Below, one piece after another: positions 19,393-30,123 of a stretch of 64,000 bases of DNA. The notes under the pieces were generated by a model. It saw only the letters and a program-made list of their open reading frames with translations. It was not told the DNA's origin and ran no database searches. Within the stretch, counting starts at the first letter, position 1, and each line of letters starts with the position of its first letter. The DNA comes from Bacteroidales bacterium (GTDB lineage Bacteria; Bacteroidota; Bacteroidia; Bacteroidales; VadinHA17): positions 4,675 to 68,674 of the forward strand of contig JBBSAP010000006.1 of NCBI GenBank assembly GCA_038252165.1, given 5' to 3'. The position numbers were made by a program, and so were the translations under genes.

Positions 19393-20817
19393 ATGAGAAA
19401 TAAGAATTCCCGCACCAGAATTGTAGCCACTTTAGGTCCATCATCTTCTTCAAAAGAAATTCTAAGAAAAATGATTGATGAAGGTGTGGATGTTTTCAGG
19501 TTGAATTTTTCACATACCAGCAAGGAAGAATATTTGAAATTGATAAATCTGATTAAAGAGATAAATACTGAAACAAATTTTCAAACCGGGATAATGGCTG
19601 ACCTGCAAGGGCCTAAATTAAGAGTAGGTGAGATATTGAATAACCATCTCGATTTACTCGAGGGTGATATCATCACATTTGTGGCCGAAAAATGTGAAGG
19701 AACAAAAGAAAGGATCTACATGAGCTATAAAGAGTTTTCCGGCGATGTAAGCGTAGGCGAAACGATTTTGATCGATGACGGAAAATTAAAACTTGAAGTT
19801 GTGGAAACGAATAAGAAAGATATGGTCAAAGCGAAAGTCATTTATGGCGGGCCATTGTCTTCCAATAAAGGGGTTAACCTGCCCAATACTAAAGTATCAC
19901 TTCCCTGCCTTACTGATGAGGATATTTCAAATGCAAATTTTGCTCTTGACAATGATGTAGATTGGATTGCCTTGTCTTTTGTTCGTAAAGCGTCGGATAT
20001 TAAAGCCCTTAAAGAATTGATCCGAAAGAAAAACGGACATGCCGGTGTAATTGCCAAAATTGAGAAGCCTGAAGCCTTGCTGGAGATCGATGCGATAATA
20101 GACCTTGCTGATGCTGTGATGGTTGCCAGGGGAGATTTGGGTGTTGAAGTACCTTTCGATGAAGTGCCATTGATTCAAAAAAACATCGTGGGTAAATGTA
20201 TTGAACGTGCCAAACCAGTGATAGTTGCCACCCAAATGATGGAAAGTATGATTTCTAATTTCATGCCTACCAGGGCTGAAGCTACTGATGTGGCGAATGC
20301 CGTATTGGATGGTGCTGATGCCCTGATGCTGAGTGGTGAAACTGCCATTGGCAAATACCCGGTCGAAACAATCCGGAGTATGCAAAGAATTATAAATTAT
20401 ACAGAATCCAATGGGAAACCTTTTAATAAAATGCATGAACCGAATCGTGGTATTTCTGAATATTTGCCGGACTCGATTTGCTTTAATGCCGTACAATTGT
20501 CCATACAAATTAAGCCAAAGTCCATTGTCACTTTTACTCATTCAGGTTATACTGCCTTACGCATTTCAAGTCACAGACCTGAGACAAAAATATATGCTTT
20601 CACTAACAATGAAAAGCTGGTAAGAAAGATGTCGCTTATATGGGGTGTTGAAGCACACTTTATGAAATATGAACAAATTGACGAAGCTATTGAGGGATCA
20701 ACCAGGCAGTTAAAAGAGCTGAATATCGTGAAGGAGCACGACACTTTGATACATGTCGGAAGTATGCCGTTGCCGCTTCATGGCCGAACCAATATGCTTA
20801 AAGTGAGTATGGTGTAA
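19393..20817 (+). CDS. pyk: Pyruvate kinase
   Basis: ATLGP, RLNFSH, DLQGPK, AKIE, ARGDLG, ATQMMES, LSGETA. Confidence 0.97.
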   Translation: MRNKNSRTRIVATLGPSSSSKEILRKMIDEGVDVFRLNFSHTSKEEYLKLINLIKEINTETNFQTGIMADLQGPKLRVGEILNNHLDLLEGDIITFVAEKCEGTKERIYMSYKEFSGDVSVGETILIDDGKLKLEVVETNKKDMVKAKVIYGGPLSSNKGVNLPNTKVSLPCLTDEDISNANFALDNDVDWIALSFVRKASDIKALKELIRKKNGHAGVIAKIEKPEALLEIDAIIDLADAVMVARGDLGVEVPFDEVPLIQKNIVGKCIERAKPVIVATQMMESMISNFMPTRAEATDVANAVLDGADALMLSGETAIGKYPVETIRSMQRIINYTESNGKPFNKMHEPNRGISEYLPDSICFNAVQLSIQIKPKSIVTFTHSGYTALRISSHRPETKIYAFTNNEKLVRKMSLIWGVEAHFMKYEQIDEAIEGSTRQLKELNIVKEHDTLIHVGSMPLPLHGRTNMLKVSMV

Positions 20818-20852
20818 GTAAACAGAATGAAACGGTACACTTTAAATGTGTG

Positions 20853-20913
20853 AATTATGTAACTGATTTTTAAAATTATGTAAGGCAATTAACCGTTTTG
20901 ATTTTTATCTTTA
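20853..20913 (+). promoter_or_regulatory. Island promoter copy 2: paired TGTAA boxes plus -7-like element
   Basis: AATTATGTAACTGATTTTTAAAATTATGTAA with TGTAA starts at 20858 and 20879; TATCTTTA at 20906, same spacing as copy 1. Confidence 0.65.
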
Positions 20914-20938
20914 TGCTGTAAAATTCAATTATAAACTT

Positions 20939-21445
20939 ATGAGCAAACAAAAACAAACCAAAGAAAATATTGATTCCCTTGTCAGTATGTTGGCAAGCAA
21001 AGACGGTATGTTGCGCAAAAGAGCCAGAAAATCCTTGGTAACAATTGGTAAGCCAGCCGTCTCTATTTTGATCTCGACCTTTCGAAATTCAAAGGTCAGC
21101 CAGGTTCGCTGGGAAGTAATAAAAGCTCTGGGAGAAATTGTTGATACTAAAGCGATACCTGTTATGGTGAAGGCACTCGAAGACCATGACAAAGACGTTG
21201 CATGGCTGGCAGCATCAGGTTTGGAAAAACTCGGGATGGCTGCGTGGCCGGCTCTGTTGCGTGCATTGATAAAGAGGGGTTCTGATTCTTTCATGTTGCG
21301 TCAGGGTGCGCATCATATATTGCATGAACAGCAGGGGAAAAAATACAACGAATTGCTAACAATTCTTTTAAACGCCCTTGAATCCGAAACAGGGGCCGAA
21401 AGTACACCCCTGGCAGCATATAATCTCCTTATGAAAATTAAGTGA
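20939..21445 (+). CDS. HEAT/PBS-lyase repeat protein
   Basis: VRWEVIKALGEI, LEDHDKDVAWLAASGL repeats. Confidence 0.82.
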   Translation: MSKQKQTKENIDSLVSMLASKDGMLRKRARKSLVTIGKPAVSILISTFRNSKVSQVRWEVIKALGEIVDTKAIPVMVKALEDHDKDVAWLAASGLEKLGMAAWPALLRALIKRGSDSFMLRQGAHHILHEQQGKKYNELLTILLNALESETGAESTPLAAYNLLMKIK

Positions 21446-21490
21446 ACTGAACATAATTAAAGAAAAAACCCCTTTAAAAATCTGAAAGTA

Positions 21491-24043
21491 GTGGATAAGG
21501 ATAAAAAATTACCAATTATTAATACAGCACATAGTTTCTTACCCTATGAAATCCAGGGTTTTGATTCTCTGGCAGAGTTCGCCCTGGATATGCGTTGGTC
21601 ATGGAATCATGCATCGGACGGATTGTGGCAGGAACTTGACCCTGCACTCTGGGAACTTACACATAATCCATGGATTGTCATTCAGACGGTATCGAGGGAT
21701 AAACTTGAGCATATGCTGGCAGATTCATCTTTTCGAAAAAAGCTGGATGATCTTCTGCAATTAAAAAAGCATGCTGAAGAAACACCTGCATGGTTTCAGA
21801 AAAATCATCCCAAATCGCCTTTGTCGTGTGTCGCTTATTTCAGCATGGAATTCATGTTGAGCGAGGCCCTCCCGATATATTCAGGCGGGTTAGGCAATGT
21901 GGCAGGAGATCAGCTTAAGGCAGCGAGTGATCTTGGCGTGCCTGTTATTGGCATTGGGTTGCTTTACCAGCAAGGCTATTTCCGCCAGGTGATTGACAAG
22001 GACGGATCACAACAAGCCCTTTTCCCGTATAACGATCCCGGACAGCTGCCTGTTACACCACTCCGTCAAAGTAATGGAGAATGGTTGCGATTTAAAATAG
22101 AATTATCAGGTTACTCAGTTTGGTTACGTACCTGGAAAGTACAGGTAGGCCGGGTAAAACTTTACTTGCTCGATAGTAATGATGCTGCTAACATACCGGT
22201 TCACAGGGGAATAACCAGTGAACTTTATGGGGGAGGACCTGAGTTACGCCTCCAGCAGGAATTAATCCTGGGAATAGGCGGATGGCGGCTCCTGAGCGCG
22301 CTTGGGATCAGGCCACAGGTCTGTCATCTCAATGAAGGACATGCCGCATTTGCAGTTTTGGAGCGTGCCCTTGATTTCATGAAGGAAACCGGACAATCCT
22401 TTGAAATCGCCCTGGCTGCCACAAGAGCAGGGAACATTTTCACTACCCATACGGCAGTAGAAGCTGGTTTTGATCGTTTTCATCCCGACCTGGTTGAACA
22501 ATATCTCGGTGGCTATGCACAGAAGAAACTTGGTATTTCATTTTCTGATTTGTTAGCACTGGGTCGCCTGAATCCTGCAGATTCGTCAGAGAGTTTCAAT
22601 ATGGCATATCTGGCAATCCGCGGTTGCGGATCGGTTAATGGTGTAAGCAGTCTTCACGGAAAAGTAAGCCGCCAGATTATTTCTCCTCTTTTCCCTCGCT
22701 GGCCTGAAGACGAAGTACCTGTCGGACATATAACCAATGGAGTTCATATACCTAGCTGGGACTCCCAGTCGGCCGACGATCTCTGGACTGATGCATGTAA
22801 GAAAGAGAGGTGGCTGGGGATGTCAAAAACTCTCGAAAAAGATATAAGGAGTGTTTCGGATGACAAAATCTGGCAAATGAGAATTATTGCCCGAAAATCA
22901 CTTATTGAATATGCACGGGAACGATTGTCACTGCAACTTATGGCGTCAGGTGCGACACAGGGAGCAATTGATGAGGCAAAACATATGTTTGATCCAAATA
23001 TATTAACACTGGGATTTGCCCGTCGTTTCGCTTCCTATAAAAGACCCAACCTGCTATTACATGACCGGCAAAGGTTCCTTCGAATATTGACGAGTTCTCA
23101 ATTCCCTGTACAGCTCATCATTGCAGGAAAAGCTCATCCTGCTGACCTCGAGGGGCAGTCACTTATCAGGGAATGGATACATTTCATCCGTCAGCCTGAG
23201 ATTAGACATCATGTTATCTTTCTAAGCGACTATGATATGCTTATGACTGAACACCTTGTACAAGGTGTTGATGTTTGGATTAACACACCAAGGCGGCCCT
23301 GGGAAGCTTGTGGAACCAGCGGTATGAAAGTTCTTGTCAATGGAGGGATCAATCTGTCCGAATTGGATGGCTGGTGGGCCGAAGCTTTTACACCTGAAGT
23401 AGGATGGGCAATAGGAGATGGTTTGGAACATGGCAGAGACCCAAACCTGGATGGAGTTGAAGCAGATGCACTATACAACCTTCTCGAGCGGGAGGTCATC
23501 CCGGGGTTTTATACCCGCAATAAAGATAACATACCAACTGGCTGGGTAGCAAAAATGAGGGAAAGTATGGCTCGACTGACACCACAATTCAGTGCAGACA
23601 GATCGGTTCGTGAGTACACCGGGCAACACTATCTCCCCTCTGCTAAGGCATATCTGAAGCGCTCAGCCAGAAAGGGTTTAGAAGGACGTCAAATTGTTGA
23701 ATGGCAACATTCTCTGGAACAAAATTGGACAAAGTTGCATTTCGGGAAATCTAATATCAGGACTGAAGGAGATCAGCATATATTTGAAATTCAGGTTTAT
23801 CTCAATGATCTCGATCCGAATTCATTAAAAGTGGAGCTTTATGCCGATAGAGTTAATGGAAACGGCACAGTAAAGCAGGAAATGATACAAATCCAGTCAA
23901 TACCTGATGTAACAAATGGTTATACCTATCGTTCTCAAGTGCCTGCAATACGCCCTGCTGATGATTATTCAGTACGGGTAATACCTTTCCGTGACGGTGT
24001 TTCCATTCCTTTGGAAGCCTCACATATTTTATGGCAGCGATAA
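21491..24043 (+). CDS. glgP: Alpha-glucan (glycogen) phosphorylase
   Basis: YFSMEF, YSGGLG, HLNEGH, ARRFASYKR, EACGTSGMK PLP motif. Confidence 0.96.
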   Translation: MDKDKKLPIINTAHSFLPYEIQGFDSLAEFALDMRWSWNHASDGLWQELDPALWELTHNPWIVIQTVSRDKLEHMLADSSFRKKLDDLLQLKKHAEETPAWFQKNHPKSPLSCVAYFSMEFMLSEALPIYSGGLGNVAGDQLKAASDLGVPVIGIGLLYQQGYFRQVIDKDGSQQALFPYNDPGQLPVTPLRQSNGEWLRFKIELSGYSVWLRTWKVQVGRVKLYLLDSNDAANIPVHRGITSELYGGGPELRLQQELILGIGGWRLLSALGIRPQVCHLNEGHAAFAVLERALDFMKETGQSFEIALAATRAGNIFTTHTAVEAGFDRFHPDLVEQYLGGYAQKKLGISFSDLLALGRLNPADSSESFNMAYLAIRGCGSVNGVSSLHGKVSRQIISPLFPRWPEDEVPVGHITNGVHIPSWDSQSADDLWTDACKKERWLGMSKTLEKDIRSVSDDKIWQMRIIARKSLIEYARERLSLQLMASGATQGAIDEAKHMFDPNILTLGFARRFASYKRPNLLLHDRQRFLRILTSSQFPVQLIIAGKAHPADLEGQSLIREWIHFIRQPEIRHHVIFLSDYDMLMTEHLVQGVDVWINTPRRPWEACGTSGMKVLVNGGINLSELDGWWAEAFTPEVGWAIGDGLEHGRDPNLDGVEADALYNLLEREVIPGFYTRNKDNIPTGWVAKMRESMARLTPQFSADRSVREYTGQHYLPSAKAYLKRSARKGLEGRQIVEWQHSLEQNWTKLHFGKSNIRTEGDQHIFEIQVYLNDLDPNSLKVELYADRVNGNGTVKQEMIQIQSIPDVTNGYTYRSQVPAIRPADDYSVRVIPFRDGVSIPLEASHILWQR

Positions 24044-24061
24044 TCTTAATAAAGAATAATT

Positions 24062-25489
24062 ATGGTAAATGCAGATGCAAAAAAATTAGCTGAAATTGGA
24101 ATGATTGGACTTGGTGTCATGGGTAATAACTTTTTACTGAACCTGGCCGATCATGGATTTCAGGTAGCAGGTTACGATAATGATATAAAAAAGGTGAATG
24201 CCTTACGTGATGAATCAAAACAGAAGAAAATTCACTATTCGGCTGATATTAAAGATTTTATTGGGTTACTTCGTCAGCCCCGTGCAGTAATGATGCTGGT
24301 GCCTGCCGGCGCTCCGGTTGACTCAGTCATTAAAGATTTGCTGGAATACCTGCAGCCTGGCGATCTTATAATCGATGCAGGAAATTCTTACTTTAAAGAT
24401 ACTGACCTCCGTACAAACAAATTGACCGAAAAAGGGATTCAATTCATGGGTGTTGGTGTTTCTGGCGGAGAAGAAGGTGCACGTCATGGACCAAGTATAA
24501 TGCCCGGAGGTCTTAAAGAATCCTGGGAAAGAGTACGCCCACTATTCGAAGCAGCTGCTGCTAAAGTGAACAATAATCCTTGTGTGACTTATTTGGGTCC
24601 CGGTTCAGCAGGTCATTTTGTAAAGATGGTACATAATGGAATTGAGTATGCTATGATGCAGCTCATTTCGGAAACATACGATTTAATGAAACGTGGTCTT
24701 AATATCAATGATGATCAGTTGCACAAAATTTTCTTTGAATGGAACAAAGGAGAATTAAACAGCTACCTGATTGAGATCACAGGCAATATTTTCAATATGA
24801 TGGACGAAAAGACCGGGAAGAGGCTGATCGACGAAATTCTGGATGTGGCCAGACAGAAAGGTACCGGCATGTGGACTTCGCAAAGCGCAATGGAACTTCA
24901 GATACCAATTCCAACAATAGATATGGCAGTCTCTATGAGGGATCTGTCTGTTTTTGAAAATCAACGGGAAAAAGCCAGTAATGTTTTACAAAGACCGATA
25001 CAGAAATTTAAAGGCGACCAGAATATATTACTCAAACAATTACACGATGCGTTATATGCAGCTATGATCATCACCTATGCTCAGGGAATGGCATTATTGA
25101 TTACAGCTTCGACAAAATATAAGTATAATCTTGACCTTGAAGCAATAGCACAAATCTGGCGTGGTGGTTGTATCATTCGGGCTGCTTTACTCGAAGAGAT
25201 TCAGGATGCTTTTCGACGCAGACATGATTTGCCTAATTTATTGCTCGATCTTAATTTATCACAGAATGTCATGGATAGACAGGAATCCCTGCGTAAAACT
25301 GTTTGCCAGGCAGCTGATTCAGGAGTACCTGTTCCTGCTCTAATGGCCTCGCTAAGTTATTTCGATGCTTACCGGAGCTCCTGGTTGCCGGCTAACCTTA
25401 TCCAGGCTCAGCGTGACTATTTTGGTGCGCACACTTATGAACGTATCGATGCTAAAGGAACTTTTCATACAGAATGGCAAAAAGGATAA
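24062..25489 (+). CDS. gndA: NADP-dependent 6-phosphogluconate dehydrogenase
   Basis: GLGVMG, SGGEEGA, KMVHNGIEY, QKGTG, QAQRDYFGAHTY. Confidence 0.96.
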   Translation: MVNADAKKLAEIGMIGLGVMGNNFLLNLADHGFQVAGYDNDIKKVNALRDESKQKKIHYSADIKDFIGLLRQPRAVMMLVPAGAPVDSVIKDLLEYLQPGDLIIDAGNSYFKDTDLRTNKLTEKGIQFMGVGVSGGEEGARHGPSIMPGGLKESWERVRPLFEAAAAKVNNNPCVTYLGPGSAGHFVKMVHNGIEYAMMQLISETYDLMKRGLNINDDQLHKIFFEWNKGELNSYLIEITGNIFNMMDEKTGKRLIDEILDVARQKGTGMWTSQSAMELQIPIPTIDMAVSMRDLSVFENQREKASNVLQRPIQKFKGDQNILLKQLHDALYAAMIITYAQGMALLITASTKYKYNLDLEAIAQIWRGGCIIRAALLEEIQDAFRRRHDLPNLLLDLNLSQNVMDRQESLRKTVCQAADSGVPVPALMASLSYFDAYRSSWLPANLIQAQRDYFGAHTYERIDAKGTFHTEWQKG

Positions 25490-25491
25490 TC

Positions 25492-25671
25492 ATGAAAATG
25501 GACAAGCTAATTCCGATCATTGCACAGGTGCCCGTCGAACAAGTTGTCTATATAGAAGATATACAAATGTTTGTTGATGTTGCCAGAGATTTGGGCATTC
25601 GAAGCATCCGTCATAAAGATTACGTATCAACATCCTCAGAATTAGCAACTATGGGACTAAAAACCAGTTAA
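25492..25671 (+). pseudogene. HAD-family phosphatase remnant (a few N-terminal residues fused to the C-terminal ~50 aa)
   Basis: IAQVPVEQVVYIED...FVDVARDLGIRSIRH is HAD motif IV and tail; motif I (DxGG) and the cap are absent. Confidence 0.7.
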
Positions 25672-25689
25672 AAGAAAGAGAAGTATTTC

Positions 25690-26868
25690 ATGAATAAGGA
25701 TCCGGCTCATATATTAACCATGAATGGGGGTTCATCTTCAATAAAATTTGCAATTTACAGAGCAGATGAAATCTTAACTCGTCTACTTCATGGAATAATT
25801 GACAGGATAGGCCTGAAAGATTCAAAATTGACGTTCCATAATGAGAAGGATAATCAGCAAAATACCCTTAAGGTAGAGGCTTCTGATCATCGCTCTGCTT
25901 CAAACTTTCTGATGGATTGGCTCGAAAAGCAGGATGGATTCTCTTCTGTCATGGCTGTGGGGCACCGAGTAGTTCATGGTATGGAGCATACCGAACCCGA
26001 AATTATCAGCCAGGAGTTATTGGATGAACTTCATAACAACATTCCCTATGATCCTGATCATCTCGCTGACGAGATCAAAATCATAGAGACCATCCGTCAG
26101 CGTCATCCAAAACTAATCCAGGTAGCATGTTTTGATACTGCCTTTCACCGCTCTATGCCCCGTATTGCAAGGATATTGCCAATCCCACGACGTTACGAAG
26201 AAAATGGAGTTCAACGATATGGGTTCCACGGTTTATCCTATGCTTATTTGATGGAAGAACTCGCACGGCTGGCTGGCACGAAGGTTGCGAAAGGGCGCGT
26301 CATTCTTGCTCATCTTGGCAGTGGCGCAAGCATGGCAGCTGTATTTAACGGACACAGTATTGACACAACAATGGCTTTCACACCCGCTGCTGGTTTGATG
26401 ATGAGCACCCGTTCAGGCGATTTGGACCCCGGTTTGGTTTCATTTTTAGCGAGAAGCGAAATGATGACCCCGTTACAATTTGAAGAAATGGTTAACCACA
26501 AGTCAGGATTGCTGGGGGTATCAGAAACCAACTCCGACATGCACGATTTACTGGCATTGGAAAAAGAAGATGTCAGGGCTGCTGAAGCAGTGGCCCTATT
26601 CTGCTACCAGGCAAAGAAACAGATTGGCGCTTATAGCGCTGCACTCGGCGGACTCGAAACATTGGTATTTGCCGGAGGTATTGGCGAAAACTCTCCGGAA
26701 GTACGCTCAAGGATTTGCAAAGGCTTAGAATATCTTGGGATCGAAATTGAAGAAAAACGAAATATGGCAAACTCTCCGATAATTTCAACAAATAAGGTAA
26801 AGGCTGTCGTTCGGGTCATTCATACTGACGAGGAATGGATGATTGCTAAAACAGTCAGTAACATGTAA
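25690..26868 (+). CDS. ackA: Acetate/propionate kinase
   Basis: NGGSSSIK, GHRVVHG, FDTAFH, YGFHGLSY, HLGSGAS, GGIGEN, TDEE. Confidence 0.95.
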   Translation: MNKDPAHILTMNGGSSSIKFAIYRADEILTRLLHGIIDRIGLKDSKLTFHNEKDNQQNTLKVEASDHRSASNFLMDWLEKQDGFSSVMAVGHRVVHGMEHTEPEIISQELLDELHNNIPYDPDHLADEIKIIETIRQRHPKLIQVACFDTAFHRSMPRIARILPIPRRYEENGVQRYGFHGLSYAYLMEELARLAGTKVAKGRVILAHLGSGASMAAVFNGHSIDTTMAFTPAAGLMMSTRSGDLDPGLVSFLARSEMMTPLQFEEMVNHKSGLLGVSETNSDMHDLLALEKEDVRAAEAVALFCYQAKKQIGAYSAALGGLETLVFAGGIGENSPEVRSRICKGLEYLGIEIEEKRNMANSPIISTNKVKAVVRVIHTDEEWMIAKTVSNM

Positions 26869-26899
26869 ATATTATTTAATTAACGAAAGGGAAACAATT

Positions 26900-27670
26900 A
26901 TGTTAATCAAAGCAAAAACCCTAAAAGGGTACAAATTAGATGCTAAGGATGGCGAAGTAGGTAATGTTAAAGAATTCTATTTCGACGACAAGCATTGGAC
27001 CGTTCGCTATCTGGTTGCTGATACAGGAAACTGGCTCACAGGCAGACAAATGCTGATTTCACCGTATGCGTTGATTTCTGTAAATAAGGAAGCAGAAAAC
27101 ATCGGAATCAATTTGAGCAAAAAACAGATCGAGGAAAGTCCATCTTTGGATAGTGACAAACCCGTATCACGACAATTTGAGATGTCTTACTATGGTTATT
27201 ATGGATGGCCGGCATATTGGAGCGGCTCATACATGTGGGGGCCTCAACCTTATATAACGCGTGACAGTAAAGAATGGAAAGCATTAAAACAACACCAGAA
27301 ATCCTGGAATCCCAATTTGCGCAGCACCAATGCTGTGAGTGGCCACCATATTCAGGCCAGCGATGGCGAAATAGGTCATGTAGAGGATTTTATAATTGAT
27401 GATAAAAACTGGGCAATTCGTTATCTGATCATCGACACAAAAAACTGGTGGGCCGGAAAGAAAGTCCTGGTTTCACCACAATGGATTGACCATGTTAGTT
27501 GGGACGAATTAAAAGTCTTCGTCAATCTTTCCCGCGAGAGCATTAAGCAGTCACCGGAATATTCGGATGAGTTTCTGCTAACCCGGGATTATGAGACCGA
27601 ACTGCATCGACATTACAATCGCAAGGGATATTGGGTAGATGAACGTGTTGCCAATAAGCATTCCCATTGA
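26900..27670 (+). CDS. Tandem PRC-barrel domain protein
   Basis: Two copies of (A)xDGE(V/I)G-V-xF-DDxxW-(V/I)RYL-DTxNW. Confidence 0.88.
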   Translation: MLIKAKTLKGYKLDAKDGEVGNVKEFYFDDKHWTVRYLVADTGNWLTGRQMLISPYALISVNKEAENIGINLSKKQIEESPSLDSDKPVSRQFEMSYYGYYGWPAYWSGSYMWGPQPYITRDSKEWKALKQHQKSWNPNLRSTNAVSGHHIQASDGEIGHVEDFIIDDKNWAIRYLIIDTKNWWAGKKVLVSPQWIDHVSWDELKVFVNLSRESIKQSPEYSDEFLLTRDYETELHRHYNRKGYWVDERVANKHSH

Positions 27671-27697
27671 AGCAAATGCGAGAAAGAGCTTTCTATC

Positions 27698-27736
27698 AAT
27701 GTGATTTGTCTGAGCGGTCGTGTAATTGGCTATTAA
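27698..27736 (+). pseudogene. Micro-remnant of an RpiB/LacAB sugar-phosphate isomerase
   Basis: Translates NVICLSGRVIGY*, resembling the RpiB N(V/I)xxxGxR motif; only 12 codons. Confidence 0.45.
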
Positions 27737-27753
27737 AAAGAAAGGAATAAATT

Positions 27754-30123
27754 ATGAATAGTACAACATTGTCCACTGAAGAACTGAGGAAAACGAATGC
27801 CTATTGGCGTGCGGCAAATTATCTCTCAGTCGGTCAGCTTTATCTTCGCGATAATCCTTTGTTGCACGAGCCGCTGAAATTATCACATGTGAAGTCGATG
27901 CTACTTGGGCATTGGGGTACCACACCTGGCCAGAACTTTATCTATGTGCATTTGAACCGGGTCATCAAAAAGTATGATTTAAATATGTTTTACATTGCAG
28001 GTCCTGGCCATGGTGGACCTGCTATTGTTGGTAATGTTTATCTTGAAGGTACATGGAGTGAAGTTTATCCGGACATCACCCGGGACGAAACCGGGTTAAA
28101 GAAGTTGTTCAAGCAATTCTCTTTCCCTGGTGGCATTTCCAGCCATGTCGCACCAACGACGCCGGGTTCAATTCATGAGGGTGGAGAGTTGGGTTATTCA
28201 CTTATTCATGCTTTCGGAGCTGTGTTCGATAATCCTGAACTGGTTGTCGCCTGCGTTGTCGGCGATGGCGAAGCAGAAACCGGGCCATTGTCGACTGCAT
28301 GGCACTCCAACAAATTTCTCAATCCGATCACTGATGGTTCCGTATTGCCAATCCTGCATCTTAACGGTTACAAAATAGCCAACCCAACTATACTGGCCCG
28401 CATAGAACCTGAAGAGCTGGATCAATTTCTGCGGGGATGTGGCTGGATTCCTTATTATGTGGAAGGTGATGAGCCTGAGAAAATGCATCAGCTCATGGCC
28501 ACTGTTATGGAAAAGACCATTGAGGAGATCAGAAGCATACAGAGCAATGCAAGAAACAACAGCGACACCACCCGACCACGCTGGCCAATGATCGTACTGA
28601 AATCACCCAAAGGATGGACAGGCCCAAAAGTGGTTGACGGACTGCAAATTGAAGGCACGTTTCGGGCCCATCAGATTCCGCTGTTGGTAGATGCTGAACA
28701 TCCTGATCATCTGAAGCTGCTTGAAAACTGGATGAAAAGCTATAAGCCCGAAGAACTTTTTGATAAGAGTGGTCGCCTTTTACCTGAATTGGCCGAACTG
28801 GCACCTAAAGGAGAACAGAGAATGGGCGCTAACCCGCACGCGAATGGAGGCTTGCTGCTGCACGACCTGATTATGCCTGATTTCCGGAAGTTTGCCGTAG
28901 AGGTACCGTCACCGGGATCGGTCGAAGCTGCCGACACACACGAGCTTGGAGTGTTTCTGCGCGAAGTGATCAATCTCAATAAGGAGCAACGAAATTTCCG
29001 GATCTTCGGTCCCGATGAAACGCTTTCAAACAGGTTGAACTCTGTTTTTGAAACCACCAACCGGCAGTGGGACGCCCGCACCAAAAAGAATGATGAGTTT
29101 CTTGCCACTGATGGCCGGGTAATGGAGATGCTGAGCGAGCATCAGTGCGAAGGCTGGCTCGAGGGATATCTGCTCACCGGGAGGCACGGGTTGTTTAATT
29201 GCTATGAGGCTTTTATTCACATCATCGATTCGATGTTTAACCAGCATGCCAAATGGCTGAAAGTATGTGCCGAACTGCCATGGCGACGTGAAATAGCATC
29301 TCTGAATTATCTTCTTGCTTCTCATGTGTGGCAACAGGCTCATAACGGTTTTACCCATCAGGATCCAGGCTTCATTGATCATGTGGTAAACAAGAAAGCT
29401 TCTATCGTACGAGTGTATCTTCCTCCTGATGCCAACTGCCTGTTGTCAGTATGGGACCATTGTCTGAGGAGCCGTGATTATGTTAATGTTGTGATAGCCG
29501 GCAAATACCAGGCCCCTCAATGGTTAACTATGGATGAAGCAATCCAGCATTGTACAGAAGGAATTGGCGTTTGGCAATGGGCCAGCAGCGATAATGGCAA
29601 AGAACCCGACGTGGTAATGGCCTGCTGTGGCGATGTGCCTACACTAGAGACCCTTGCCGCAGTTTCCCTTATGCGCGAGCATCTGCCCGAACTGAAAATC
29701 CGGGTAGTCAATGTAGTTGATCTGTTCAAACTGGAATCAGATACGCAACATCCGCATGGTTTGAGTGATCAGGAATTCGATGCGTTATTTTCTGAAGACA
29801 AGCCTATTATATTTGCTTTCCATGGGTATCCTTCACTGGTCCATCAGTTGACATACCGCCGTAATAACCATGAAAACATGCATGTTCATGGCTATAAGGA
29901 AGAAGGCACAATAACTACATACTTTGACATGACGGTTTTAAACGAGCTTGACAGGTTCCATCTGGTACTTGATGCAATAAAGCACCTGCCTCAATTGGGC
30001 GCCAGCGGTGCCAGACTGAAAAAGATCGTTCAGGACAAGCTCATCGAACACAAAATCTATATTGATAAAAATGGCTTAGACATGCCAGAAATTCTTAACT
30101 GGAAATGGAGCAATTCAAAATGA
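27754..30123 (+). CDS. xfp: Xylulose-5P/fructose-6P phosphoketolase
   Basis: [51 protein letters not shown]. Confidence 0.96.
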   Translation: MNSTTLSTEELRKTNAYWRAANYLSVGQLYLRDNPLLHEPLKLSHVKSMLLGHWGTTPGQNFIYVHLNRVIKKYDLNMFYIAGPGHGGPAIVGNVYLEGTWSEVYPDITRDETGLKKLFKQFSFPGGISSHVAPTTPGSIHEGGELGYSLIHAFGAVFDNPELVVACVVGDGEAETGPLSTAWHSNKFLNPITDGSVLPILHLNGYKIANPTILARIEPEELDQFLRGCGWIPYYVEGDEPEKMHQLMATVMEKTIEEIRSIQSNARNNSDTTRPRWPMIVLKSPKGWTGPKVVDGLQIEGTFRAHQIPLLVDAEHPDHLKLLENWMKSYKPEELFDKSGRLLPELAELAPKGEQRMGANPHANGGLLLHDLIMPDFRKFAVEVPSPGSVEAADTHELGVFLREVINLNKEQRNFRIFGPDETLSNRLNSVFETTNRQWDARTKKNDEFLATDGRVMEMLSEHQCEGWLEGYLLTGRHGLFNCYEAFIHIIDSMFNQHAKWLKVCAELPWRREIASLNYLLASHVWQQAHNGFTHQDPGFIDHVVNKKASIVRVYLPPDANCLLSVWDHCLRSRDYVNVVIAGKYQAPQWLTMDEAIQHCTEGIGVWQWASSDNGKEPDVVMACCGDVPTLETLAAVSLMREHLPELKIRVVNVVDLFKLESDTQHPHGLSDQEFDALFSEDKPIIFAFHGYPSLVHQLTYRRNNHENMHVHGYKEEGTITTYFDMTVLNELDRFHLVLDAIKHLPQLGASGARLKKIVQDKLIEHKIYIDKNGLDMPEILNWKWSNSK

